Assembly (NCBI GenBank): GCA_000320545.1
Contig: ADNK01000036.1
Location: forward strand, 62,001-126,000
Reading direction: 5' to 3'
DNA length: 64,000 bases
Source: Bigelowiella natans CCMP2755
Lineage: Eukaryota > Protista > Cercozoa
Every line of letters starts with the position of its first letter. Positions within the stretch are counted from its first letter, which is position 1. Under the pieces are notes generated by a model that worked only from the letters and a program-made list of their open reading frames with translations, did not search any database and was not told the origin of the DNA. Made by a program: the position numbers and the translations under genes. Below, piece by piece: positions 38,490 to 50,903 of this stretch.

Positions 38490-39306
38490 AGAACGAAACT
38501 GGAATTCGGGATGATGGGAGATAGCAGTATGGGGCTGGTGCTAATGTGTAGAAGCCTTTCGCCATGTGTGAATGATGCGTGTATCATTAAATAATATTTT
38601 TTCATATATCTCTGGATATATAGCTGGATGTACCCACTAAACGTCGTAATTAGAAATCAAATTTATCAAAAAGTTTACAAGCAATCATGAATACGCATTC
38701 ACGTATGAACAAATGTATCTAACTGTTTTGTGTGTGCATGCGTACATGTTGGTCCGATGCTATCATTTTGCTTGCTAGCTTGGCTGCTTTTTGTTGTACA
38801 ACGCTCTAATGCATAGGCGTATTCAAATGCACATTCTAGCAACGCTGGTAACGCATGCATGATTGCGGACACGTCGACCCATCCAGCTGCATAGCTAGAT
38901 AGCGATATGAATACCGAAAGCATCAAGAGCATGTACATCTATCAAAAGCACGGAGTGTGCTGTAAAACATTTCTAGCTGCTAGTAGTTAACTAGTAGTGA
39001 GTGCACTTGATCGCCTTGTTGCTATAGCTTAATTTCGCACAGCGAAGGCACGGACAAGGCGAGCGCATGTTCTAGATGTTCAAGGAAACTATTTATTAAC
39101 CTAGCTAGCTAGACATCTTTCAGGTATAGAAGTTATCGTTATCCTCTCGGATCATTATACATGAAATATGTTATCTAAGCGCATGATCGATTACATGTAT
39201 GTATGCGAAATTACAGAGCTGTGCATAGACGGTCTGCACGGTACCAAGAGGTTTATGCGCCTGTCCCTTTCTCGAGGAAAAGTCGGCGATATCTTGATAT
39301 TATAAA

Positions 39307-41037
39307 TCAGGAAGTCCCTCTAAGCTTGAGAAGATACTTTTTATTTCCGACTGCGACGACCACGCTGGAAAGCTTGGCTTCGATATTGCTTTCAAACAAC
39401 GCTTTGTTGATCCCGGGAATAGACGAAAGAGGACCTTGCTTAAACCCTGTCGCCACAAGGGTGGAATCCTTCATCGCAATCAGCGGCACGTGATCCAGCC
39501 TGCCCGGTTGCGGTTGCAGGTCGAACTTGTCCAGAATCTGATGCGAATATAGTTGCAGTAAAAATAAAGAACATTAATTGAGCCTCCCACACGGCAACCC
39601 GATAATAATGATAGTAGGCCTCCACACGAAACAACATAGGCCCACCGCTGCTCACACAAACACATTGCTACTTTTCTCACAAAAGATCGAGCAGTTTGGA
39701 CGACCGTACCGAAGCAGCAGTTCCTTGAAGCTTTCTGATACTGGGCATTGCCTGATCCGAGACGCGAATCCCCGCGAATGCCTTGTTGTCGTGCGTAAAC
39801 CAAAGATTGGTGCCTTTGAGCGAGATCTTCTGTTGTTGGTGGCCGCGGAAGCTCCTACGCGCTACCTTTAGGAAGGTCTCCAGTTTTTGCTCAGTGAGGT
39901 TGAAGGCGTTAGCGAGAGGCACTCGCACGCGCTTCTCGGAAAACTTGTTCACGGGGTCGAACGGCATCAGCATGGCCTCCAGCTGCCCCGAGATAGCTCC
40001 AAGCGCATCCATTCTCGTCGGCTGCACGTCCGCGTAGATGGAGCACTGAAACAGCTTCTTGAACATCGGGCTCTTTGGGCTGTATTTCTCGATGGCAGCC
40101 CTGACGGCTTTGGTTATGGCGACGCGCTGCTCGGGGGGGGCGACATTGCGCCGCGTCTTTCGTCCCCTCTGGCTGAGCTTTCGGATGTTGGAGTGGGGGA
40201 CACGGAGAATCTTTGCTTTGTCTTGCAGAGTCGTCACATCGTACCTTCCTAAAGGCAGAGAGGCAAATATGTGGTAAGATGAGAGGAGGGCCACAGATGA
40301 TGGTGCGGGCAAGAATACACAGCGATGACGTTGGAGGTAAACAAGAGTATGGCGACATTTATGGGACCGTCGTCTCTGGCAGTATCCACGCGACATGTTG
40401 CCCAGCCAATCTGGATGATGGTGACGAAGAAGAAGAAGGAGGAGGAGAAGAATAAAACCAAAGGTGATGCCAGTCGAATAAGAGAGTACTATTTCCTAGG
40501 CTCTCTTACTCTCTCCCATGTTGGATCATCAATCAACAGTTCATGCTTGCACGCACCGATTTTCCCCTCCTTGTTACCACCACCTCGCAATCGAAGACAT
40601 CAGGGGGAGACACCTCAAGGACCTGCATCATTTAAGATTACAGACAGAAGTGAAATTCCAGCACAGGGAAAAGGAAAGGATATCGGCGACGGTGTGAAGC
40701 AATAGTGGGCATTTGCCAAAGCATTCTTCCACCTACAGCAGCTATTTTAACATCGCTACGAGTTTGGGCGCATACCATCTTTCGGATATATAATGGGGGG
40801 ACATCGTTGTACTCTTCTCCATCGATCGACACGACGTCAAACGATGCAGCATTGGGCTGGACCTACATGTTATAAGAATGATAATAATGATAATAGTAAT
40901 AATAATAATGATAATAATAATAATAATAATAATAATAATAGTAGAGTACCTCACGGACATGTGATCTCATATGCGCTTGCTGTTTTACCATTCTCTCCTG
41001 TTATGAGGATGCTAGACTCTTCTCGCACACGAGAGAC

Positions 41038-41076
<39 letters not shown>

Positions 41077-41274
41077 CTTCTTTTTCTTCGCTCTCTTACA
41101 GTCACTGATTCACTATTCCCTACGGTCATCACACTACTTTCTTAATTGAGCATGGTTTCCATCCCACGTGGCGTCCATTCCTCACAACCATCACCTGCAG
41201 CACAAACAGCGGCATGGTTGCTTGTCGTCTTCTGCGTCATCACACTCTGGGGTGAATCGTTCATTGCGCTCACA

Positions 41275-41311
<37 letters not shown>

Positions 41312-41481
41312 CTGCTCTCACCGGACATGTCTATTGCGCCTATCTTCATTTTTCTCTCACAGAAGAACAGCACAAATGCTAATACTGCCGGCGCTGGTGC
41401 TGCTACCTCCATGTTGTATCCACGCGGGGCATCGTGAATGTCCATCGCCTCAAGGATACTCAGATCACGTATCAGCCTATT

Positions 41482-41525
<44 letters not shown>

Positions 41526-41977
41526 TGTTTTTACTCATCAATAGTGTTTTTGTGCTTTGTATATGACGGTCGTTCTAATCATCATCATCATCGTCTTCAT
41601 CATACCTAAGCTCCGAATGTCCAGGGATATCGAGCCACACACCCTGAGGAGAGATGATCAGTGAGATGGTGGGGTAGGTTCTCACCACTACCATCACTTG
41701 CATCAAGGCTCAAAGGTTCCTTGTTCGTCCACAAGCATGCCATGTAGGGAGGAATGCGCCCTCCCCCCCCCCCCTCTCTTTCTCATACGATAATAACATA
41801 TACAGTACAGGTTCTGTGTGCGCAACAGCCCTGCTGCTGCTGCTGCTGCTGCTACTACTACTACTACTACTTCCTAGTGCTAACGATGTTCCCATCACCT
41901 TCCTCGATGGCTCGATCTCGTCTACGATGCCCACATCCCCTGCTTCGATATCTGACACGCCTGAGAGAGACAGCGAC

Positions 41978-42008
<31 letters not shown>

Positions 42009-42108
42009 CATACAGTGTGACTACGATGATGAATACAGTGATGGATGGCAGCGATAGCATTATGCTCGATACATCATCACCATCATACAATAGCTCTTCT
42101 TCTGCTAT

Positions 42109-42148
<40 letters not shown>

Positions 42149-42682
42149 CTGTACCTGCCTCGGAGAACCGTTGCGCAAAGCGGACGCTTTGGCCAAGCTG
42201 CAGTTGCCTCTCCTTTTTTTTTTAATTCCCCCGCACGCCATTGAAACACCAATACGAACGCCACACACAGACAGACGGACAGTAGAGGAGAAGGATTGGC
42301 GCGTATACATTCACGCGTCCATATTGACCGAAACACACCTCGGAGTCTGACAAGAGCGCTCTCTTTCTATCTCGCTTTTTTATGTGTGTGTGTGTGTGTG
42401 TGTGTGTGTTCTTTTATGTGAAGTATGATCGCGTAAGTACATAAAAGATTCCTAAGAAAAGAGGGATACACAAAGCAGCCAAAAGACCGAATTGGTAATG
42501 ATACTGTATTTCTACCAGCAGCACCTTCTTTGATCGAGCCAGATACGGCGAAGAAGCAGAGGAGAAGAGGCGCGTCGAGGAAAGAAAGTCCCTTCGATAG
42601 CTTTTCCCTTTATCATCATTGTCATTATCATGGTCCTCCTCGTCGCCGCTCATACCCTCTTCTTCCTCAACCAAGATTTCTT

Positions 42683-42721
<39 letters not shown>

Positions 42722-43076
42722 TAATATACCAATTAGTGCCTCGAGAGCGATGGTTTACAAGTGCATGCTGGGCACCGAGAAAGGCCAATCACAAGAACAC
42801 CAACAAAAAACATATCATTACATGCCAACGTTCGATCCCAGCGGTCAACTCTGCATTCCAAGCCTCCATCAATCCATGCAGCCTGCTCGGATGAATGATG
42901 GGTAGATCACGACGAGAAAATGAGGAAGAATCGACGATATATCGTAGCAGGAACAAGAGTAGCCCAGAATGCATGGAGGACGGCTCTATCACATCTCTCC
43001 CGTGCTCACGTCACCTCTCGTGTTCTAATGCATTTTCATGCTTTCTCGTATCGAGGGCGCGCGCGCGCGTGTACAT

Positions 43077-43138
<62 letters not shown>

Positions 43139-43396
43139 TTATAAATGAATATTAAATGCCACGTGACCTCGTTTCTCTGGCTCTCTGCTCGTCATTGAAA
43201 TCCTCCGAGGAATCGTGCAACTCCCGCATGGTTTCCTTCACAGTGATCATGTTAATATTAGTGTATCCCTCTGTATATCAATATTGCACATACACCTGCG
43301 CGTGTGTACGATATGTATTATATGTTCCTGTTCTTCTTATTTTATTTTGAGATTTGGAGCAACTACGGGGCATGCATGCAAGATAAATATATAATC

Positions 43397-43429
<33 letters not shown>

Positions 43430-44016
43430 AAGATATACCGGGAGGGTTTTTCTCTCGAATTGAATGGTGAAGTTGACACCAGTGGAGATGGCTGCATCCA
43501 ACACACGCTCAACCCTATTGTTGGTTATGATAAATGATTGCTTACTTCTCATGCCCCTCTCTAACCCTCTCTACTCCTCCCTCCTCCTTTTCCTATCTTG
43601 TATTTGAGGAATTGGCTAGGATATCCATAATAATACTCCGCACACCATCACAATCTATGACCAAAAATATGCACGCCTCACGAAAACGCTGCACTACAAG
43701 TCTCCTCGTCTCCCCCCCCCCCCCCCCCCCTCTTTGCGATGTCTTCGACTTACTTTTCCGTCTGTGCTGGGACTCTGTGCTCGGAAATGTAGCGAAGTTG
43801 CCATCCAGGCTGATTAAGTATTGGTTTGTCGCTGTGAGAGTGATGGGGTGGTGATGACTGTCAAGGCTGCTCTTTGGGAGTGGCCTCTGCTGCTTCTACC
43901 GCGCGGGCAAACGTAATTAGAGCGAGTGTGAGCTGTATTTATAATATCCAAGACCTCCCCCAATATATTCCGCACAGCCTGCATCTAGAAGGTGCTCTCA
44001 CGGACGGCTGCTGTTC

Positions 44017-44052
<36 letters not shown>

Positions 44053-44196
44053 TCACCTTGATTTTGTAGTGGCTGGCCTGAGAGTTTCTCTTGACGCCCA
44101 CCACGATGTTCTTGCTCACCTTGATTCCCACAGGCTCCGGACGGAACTCGAGCTGAAATGGTTGTCGCGGTACATCAACGATACACTTTCAGATTA

Positions 44197-44264
<68 letters not shown>

Positions 44265-45953
44265 CGCGCGCGCGCACATATCATGAGTAGGCACTCAAAA
44301 TGTAAGTTTTTAAATTCACGATACGTGGGTGCTGTTGCTCATGACTGGCTGTATACTACCTCAACACTCCGGAAAGAATAACGCTTCTTCTTACGTTCTC
44401 GCTTTCTCTTCTCACTCGTTGCGTCCCGAGCGACCTTGGTATCATTTATTTATTGCAAAAAGGCGCTTATTCACAACAGAATCAGTATCTAGCACGATAA
44501 CATCCAAATATCTGCATAAACATTAAGTTATTGCGTATGTTTTTGCGAGCGTGCTGTTATCATCTAGATCTCGTGATGCCAGTCGTAGTGGTAGTCTCGC
44601 ATTCGAAACAACAATAAGGATTTGTTCGTTCCTTGAATACATTATTATACTTAGTGATTATTACTTGATAATCGAATGGATCGAAGTTCTCCATGTTATC
44701 AAACTGCGCCTGAAGCCGAAAAAGCACACACGTACGATGGGCGATACGTGAGAGGTCGTTGTCTACATCATCATCTCCTTCCACCATCACTATGACCACC
44801 ATAAACATCATCATGAGCAACGTCACCACCGCCATTGACATCGTCGTAATCACTACTTTCCACTCGGCATCGAGAAGCGCTTGCTCGATCTCTAGCGCTT
44901 TACCGTGTTTCGATTTCCCACCGTTCTGTTGAAGAGTGAGAATCAGTAATTGAGACGAGCCTTCAGCGAATTTAACACAAATCCCATATACACTTCATAC
45001 AAAATAGTTGTACATGCAGATGACTTGTATGTTTTCTATGTACTACTCTAGATTCGACAGCGCAATATCACCCTCATCGCTGCTCCCGTTATTAAAACAA
45101 CAAACAACAACTATCACTACAACTACTATTACTACTCTACAACCACCATTTGTTCTCCTCTTCTTCTAACAAAGCGTGCGCTAATATTTTTGGCCAGAAA
45201 GCCTCCCTCAGCCATGATGTCCAGCGTCGATACTGCATTATTCTCTTTGACAACGTTGCACGGTGCCCAGCCAGTAACCCGCGTTTGGTTAATAATGGCA
45301 ACGTCATGCGTCCAAACAGATGTATCCTCCTTCTCCTCAAATTCATGTGGTTCTGAGTTATTACCCTTCCCCCGATTCCCAGCAAACCCCTGATAGTTTT
45401 CATCGCGGTGCAAGAGTGTTTGAATACCCAGTGGGATATCACTCCCCGCATCCTTCATGAACAACCCGGAGAACTGGTGCCCAGCTACCTTTTCTCTCGT
45501 ATTCTACATTTTTAAGAAAAATAATGTGTCAGGCGTTGGCCCACCTGTCTTGGGGCATTCGCACGTACATCATGGAAAGGTTGATCTAAAAGCACACGGC
45601 AGAGGAACCTGCTTGTTATTGTTGTTGTTGTCAGAATCGCTGGGTGACCATCCCACAACGCCATCGTACGGGTTTCCGCCTCTAAGCCGAGTACAGAGTA
45701 TCCGTGAGGGATTAGCAGCTCCCCTTGATGGAGTCTTCTCTCCCTCCTTGTGACGACATGATACTTCACTTTTTAGCGGCCACTGAGATGTCGATAATGA
45801 CCACGGCAACACTCCTTGAGATTGGATGGCAGTTCCTGTGCCAAGAAGCACCCACACAACAAGGAGGAGAAAGCGTCTTACTGCTACAACCACTCCCCCC
45901 CTGCTCCCAGCTTCCCTCATGAGGAGCGAACCGCGGAGCAATTCTTTCGACAT
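39307..45953 (-). CDS. Putative multi-domain protein: signal peptide + RLRGG presequence, three Tudor-like repeats, PDZ, CPH-like and degenerate USB1-like 2H domain
   Basis: Manual exon joining gives hydrophobic RRFLLLVVWVLLGTGTA then RLRGG, repeats GWAPCNV/GWKPCSI/GWATCRV, PDZ-like PVGIKVSKNIVVGVKRNSQASHYKIKPGWQLRYI, LGQSVRF..GDVGIVDEI, and a C-terminus resembling USB1 (FAGIRVS..ILDKFDL..VVVAVGNKKYLLKL). It could be two genes. Confidence 0.6.
40877..40941. repeat. (AAT)n intronic microsatellite
   Basis: Seen directly. Confidence 0.9.
44198..44276. repeat. (CA)n-(CG)n intronic microsatellite
   Basis: Seen directly. Confidence 0.9.
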
Positions 45954-46274
45954 CGTTCTTATCTTGCAGGTAGACAAGAGCGGAAATGAAGACTGAGCTG
46001 TGCGCGTTCAAGACCTGAGAGAGGAGCTACGATGTGCATGTCGGCGGACAGCTTATTTCCCAATAGGCCGTCCATGGCTGCATTTGTGTGCACCAGCACC
46101 ATCCCACTCTTTAACTTCTGGGCACAGAAATTCACCACACCTCAACTTTCTAAGACCTACGATCGAATACGAACTTTGAGACGATTGTAAACACAACATC
46201 TATTTTGTACCTGCGACATCCCAAAATTCGATATTTCTTAATTTTTGGAACACAACGAGCATTTTCGGTGCTAA

Positions 46275-47840
46275 CCGTTCAAGAACTTCTCGAGATTCTT
46301 CAATTGCTTCACGCGATGTCCGCTTGGTTCGTGCTCAGATGAGCAGAATGCAATCCCTCCGACGTCCAATGGAGGTTCGCTCATGGGAGCCGATCACCAA
46401 AGCGCACGCGTGGAGCTCTGGGGAGGTTGGCAAACAAGCCCATCTCTGCTGCTCTCATTGCCTTCTGGCCTTGGTGAACGGCACGACTGCGACGTGGTGT
46501 CTCCCTCAGACTCCAAGCTCGTTGTGGTGCTTTGTGGTGGCGTCACACAACTGCCAGACTTCACGCTTTGGAGCCGCATGAAGGCTGGTGCTCCTTGTGC
46601 ATTTCCCATGAAGACATGACTCTGCAACACTTCTTGTTCTCTTGCCAAGGAAATCACACATTGGTGGCCGCCGTTTGTGGAACCGGGTTCTTCACCTTGT
46701 GTCTTGTCACCAAGCCACGTCTTCTGACAACATTGTCACTTTGGGAGCCTTCACTGCCATGTCTTCAAATGAAAAGCTATGCCTTGCTCTGGGGGCAAGG
46801 TCTGGTGTGCCTTCGACAGACAAAGAAATTGACAGGGTCTAGAGGGTGTTCCGTCAAACCATCGTCCAGCTCGATGACTTTGCTGCTGTGCGCCCACCAT
46901 CCAATTCTCCTTCGTCTCAACGTCCCTGGTTTCAACGGTTGCAGACTCGATCGAGATCTGGAGATGATCAGTGTCAGCTGGAGCTTGGACACACTCTGGC
47001 TGCACCCCCAATCAACAGGCAGTTCACGAACATTCACCAAGCCCCAATTCATTGTCCTTGGCTTCCTTGGTCTCAGGACACCAACTACATAGTTGTGTCT
47101 CTCAATGCCAACAGCTAGACAGGCTACAAGCAGGGTGCTGACAAGTCCTCGCAATGATTTTTGTTGAGGCGCTGCTGTCTGCGTGTTTGTGCACGTCTCC
47201 CATGTGGTTCTTGCTCACGCAGTTTGCATCAATCAATGCTTCTTTCAACGTTCAATGTTCAATGAACAATGAACAATGAACAATGATGAAAAACCACATC
47301 CACATGGCATCTCCAAAGTTCAATGTCCAAACGTTTTGCAATGGTCCATCAGCAAGTCCACAGTTCACTTCACACAAACGTCTTGTGACGTTTTGGAAGT
47401 CCAGTCCATCATCAAGTTGCTTTCATGTTTTCTTTCTTTCATTGTCCTGCATGCACACGCTCATTGTCTCCCATGTGGTTCATGCGAACGTAGATTTTGC
47501 ATCAATGCTGTGTTCAACGTTCAATGTTCCGAGCTGTGGCCCGAACGTCTGGACAAACCATGTCAATTTTTGGTTCTCGTTGAAGTTTCAGCTCCAGGCG
47601 CTGCGTGGCACAGCAGACAAAATCCATGACATTGACAAATGCAAGCCAATGGCGGCGTGATCGACGACTCTAGAAGCAGGAAGATCTAGAGATGTGCAGG
47701 TCTAGCAGCCACGATGAACAATCAACACATCTACACACCACGCAGCAGCGCGCGTGCGACCACAAAGATTGAGAATGCTTGTAGTTGATGAGGGTTTGCA
47801 ATTGAACCACATTCTAGACCTAGATGTGGCATGTTCGGCG
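46275..47840. repeat. TpA-depleted island with relic coding-like sequence and an internal direct repeat
   Basis: About 1560 nt with only about 14 TA: 7 CTAG and 7 CTA-/-TAG half-sites. Direct repeat at about 47195-47260 and 47466-47529. Confidence 0.75.
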
Positions 47841-47924
47841 CAGTTATGCAAACTTCGTCATTTCCAGTTCCACATTTTCGCTTGTTAATTGCACGCAAAA
47901 ACATTCAAAGGTTCATTTACAACC

Positions 47925-48662
47925 TCATTCATTGTGACAACAAAACTTTAGGAAATTCTCGTCCTCATCATCATTTCCGTGCACATCATCCCCTTTCTCT
48001 TCAACACTCTCTTTGCCACCAACAAGCTCATTTTTCCTGGGTGGATCTGAAAACTTAGCATTTGCCCAAGCAGTAGCACACAAAACTGCGAATTCCTGTG
48101 TTTTGTATACCCCGCATTGGGATGCCATCTTTGCAATGACTTTAAGGCTAGAAAATATGTCTTCCCCGACTTTCTGTCCGTGATAATGGTATATCTGAAA
48201 AAGAAACACCTTAACCATTTGGATGCGATGTTGCATTTTTTGTGAACAATTGTTTTCTCGTTTAATGTAGTAATATTACCCATCTAGCTATGAAAGATAT
48301 TTCACGTTGGAGTGCTTGTTTCCGGTCTTCTCTGTTATTAAGTTGTTGTAGGAATGTTCCGAACTAGCAAATAAAATGTAGGGATCAAATCATTTTATGC
48401 ATCGCGAAGAAGAATCATAACATATGTTTCAGTATTATTACCTCTTTCTGTGATTTAGCCTTTTGAATAAAAGGATGGCCAAGGAGCTGCTGTGTAGACC
48501 ATCGTTTCTCTGGATCCTTGTGCAGACACTTGGAAATGAAATCGCAACAGTCGGCCGAGAATACGTTATCATCCAAGCTTGGCGATGTTTTATTTTCCAG
48601 AGCGTTACTCTGAGGGGGAGACAAGATACAAGTAAATATATATATATATTAATATATATATA

Positions 48663-48713
<51 letters not shown>

Positions 48714-50850
48714 ACTGAATTGCCTTTCATGTACATCATGTACGATCGCAATGATCTATTTCTTGATGAATACACACGACGCCATACATGACTGCATTTG
48801 TTTTGCTCACGGTGCATGTTCTTCTAGTACCAGATCCCAGTAGCTCTCAGGAAGGGGAAACTTTCCGGTTCCGACGAAGATTAGAGAGAGGCCAAGCGAC
48901 CAAATATCACCTTTGTAGTCGTAATTTCGGCCGTCGAAACGCTCTGGACTGAGATATTTCATTGTTCCTTTCTTCTCCACAGCGAAGCCCTTTTTCCCGA
49001 TGTACTTCGCCAATCCAAGATCTGCGACCTTCACGGATCCCGCAGCTATGGTTAAGGTCAGTACAGATATATTCATGAGTGGAACGCGCATGGCCGTGCA
49101 GCTACCATAACGTAAGATTGCATCTAAACAAATTGCATCTCAACAAAGCTAACAACCAAGATGATGGACTCATATTCATGCCCGTTGTGACAAATTACAG
49201 GTATAAAGGAAGTTTTCGGGCTTGATATCCCTATGGACATGCTTTGCAGTATGGATGCGTTGGAGGCCTTTAAGTGCCTGAGACCATGTTTTATAAATGT
49301 AAGGAAGAGAGAGAGAGAGAGAGAAAGAGAATTCCACTCGACAAATCATAATGGAAATTAACCAAACCTGCATTGCTATCGTTGCTAAATACTCCTCGTC
49401 CAACTTCATCCGTTGTTCGTTTAAAGTATCAACTAGTCCTTCCAAAGAACCTAAGTCCATGTACTCTAGCACGATCACTATTCGTTCCGAGCCTTCTAAA
49501 TATGCTCCCTCGAATTCCACGACACCCTCACCTTGGACCTTTTTATGGAAATAGGAAGTTGCACACCATATGTGCCAACTATATTTCGTCACTGCCGATA
49601 GATAGAAAGATAGATAGATAGATAGATAGAGGGGGAGGGAGGGAGGTTTCGCCCGACGTTCTTCATCATCGATCTACATTCTCCGTTCACCTGTTGAAAT
49701 GCAATGAGTTCTTTGTCCACCTGGTGGCGGAGCTCGGATTTGTCGACTTTAATCTCCTTTTGTGCCACAAATCGCGCCGTCGGTATGTGAAATGCCTTGA
49801 GCACACGCCCTGAAGGGTACAAAGATGAAGAATGATCCAAAGCTTTTTACTTGTCTATGAGGCTGCTCACCTGAGGCACCAGACCCAAGCTTACTGACGT
49901 TTACAAGATCATTCCTGAAACAATAAATGTACAGTGACTCTTAAAATCGTAGCCACAACTTCCGTATCAGGCAGTCGTCTCAGGCAATACTATTTCCCAC
50001 TTTCTGTAATGCCGCAGTTGCTTCTCAGCAACTTTTCCAGTTACTGTCCAAACATTGCCCTCACTGTCGACTATGCATCGTTCCGTCATTAGAGTCCTTT
50101 TTTTGCCTTCAGTATAAAACCTGATATAGTCGTTCGAAAATGTAAGATGTTTCAATGAAAATAGGTGTACTTGATCACTGAGGGAAAATCCTGAAAGCTG
50201 GACGGGAACAAGAACTATTAGATTGTATGATTACTGGTGTGTCTGCTCGGGATCTTTAAATAGCCTCCTGGACATAGTTCTTCTTGCCACTTTCGGTCGC
50301 CTTTTCCGATCATTCGCCAGAGGGAGTCTGAAAATACAAAGTCCCTTTCACAATCAGTATGTTCCGGTAAGAAACGCTGTCACGTAAACAAATGCCTACA
50401 ACAACTACAACTACCCTTCCGAGGTTCCAGAAGTTGGTCGAGTAGCAGAAGCCGCCACCAAGTCGCTGCCAACATTGAGAGGAGGTCCCCCAGGAATGAC
50501 AGCACCCGCCGTGCGTTTGCCACTGCCGCTGCAACTGTCGATGTCCTCTTTTTTTTCGGTGACTCCTGGAATTGATATTCCTGGAGTATGTACCGCATTT
50601 GCTTGTCCACCACTACTCTCTGTTCCCTTTGCGTCGTACTTCGTGTCTTCCTTGCTGTTAGGAACTCGAAAGTTATCCCGAGTGAGCTGGAACATAGGCA
50701 ATGCAGCTGCTGTGACACATCATCACAGACATGTCAAAGCTTGCTGTTGGAAGCTGCAAAAAGAGATTTATACCTGCAGGCTTGTTGTTCTTCTCCATTT
50801 TTATGTGTGGGGATTCGTAGTTATCCTGGGTGAGCTGAAACATTAGAAGT
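47925..50850 (-). CDS. MAP2K (STE7-like) kinase region, probably the C-terminal part of the upstream kinase gene
   Basis: LGSGASG|RVLKAFH, VAQKEI, VVEFEGAY..IVLEYMDLGSL, HVHRDIKPENFL, VKVADLG, GTMKYLSPERF, DIWSLGLSL, DFISKCLHKDPEKRWSTQQLLGHPFI. Confidence 0.85.
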
Positions 50851-50903
50851 CCTACCCAAAAAAACATGGATTCGCATTAAAATTAAATGAATTAAGAGAG
50901 GGC

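Noticed and set aside
40560-40600. A second RLRGG motif on the minus strand
   Set aside because: It lies in a different frame from the exon that continues the Tudor-like repeat (FDCEVVVTRRGKS), so it is probably coincidental.
41710-42336. 208-aa ORF with poly-Ser and ER repeats
   Set aside because: Read-through of intronic microsatellites. Only short internal exons appear to be coding.
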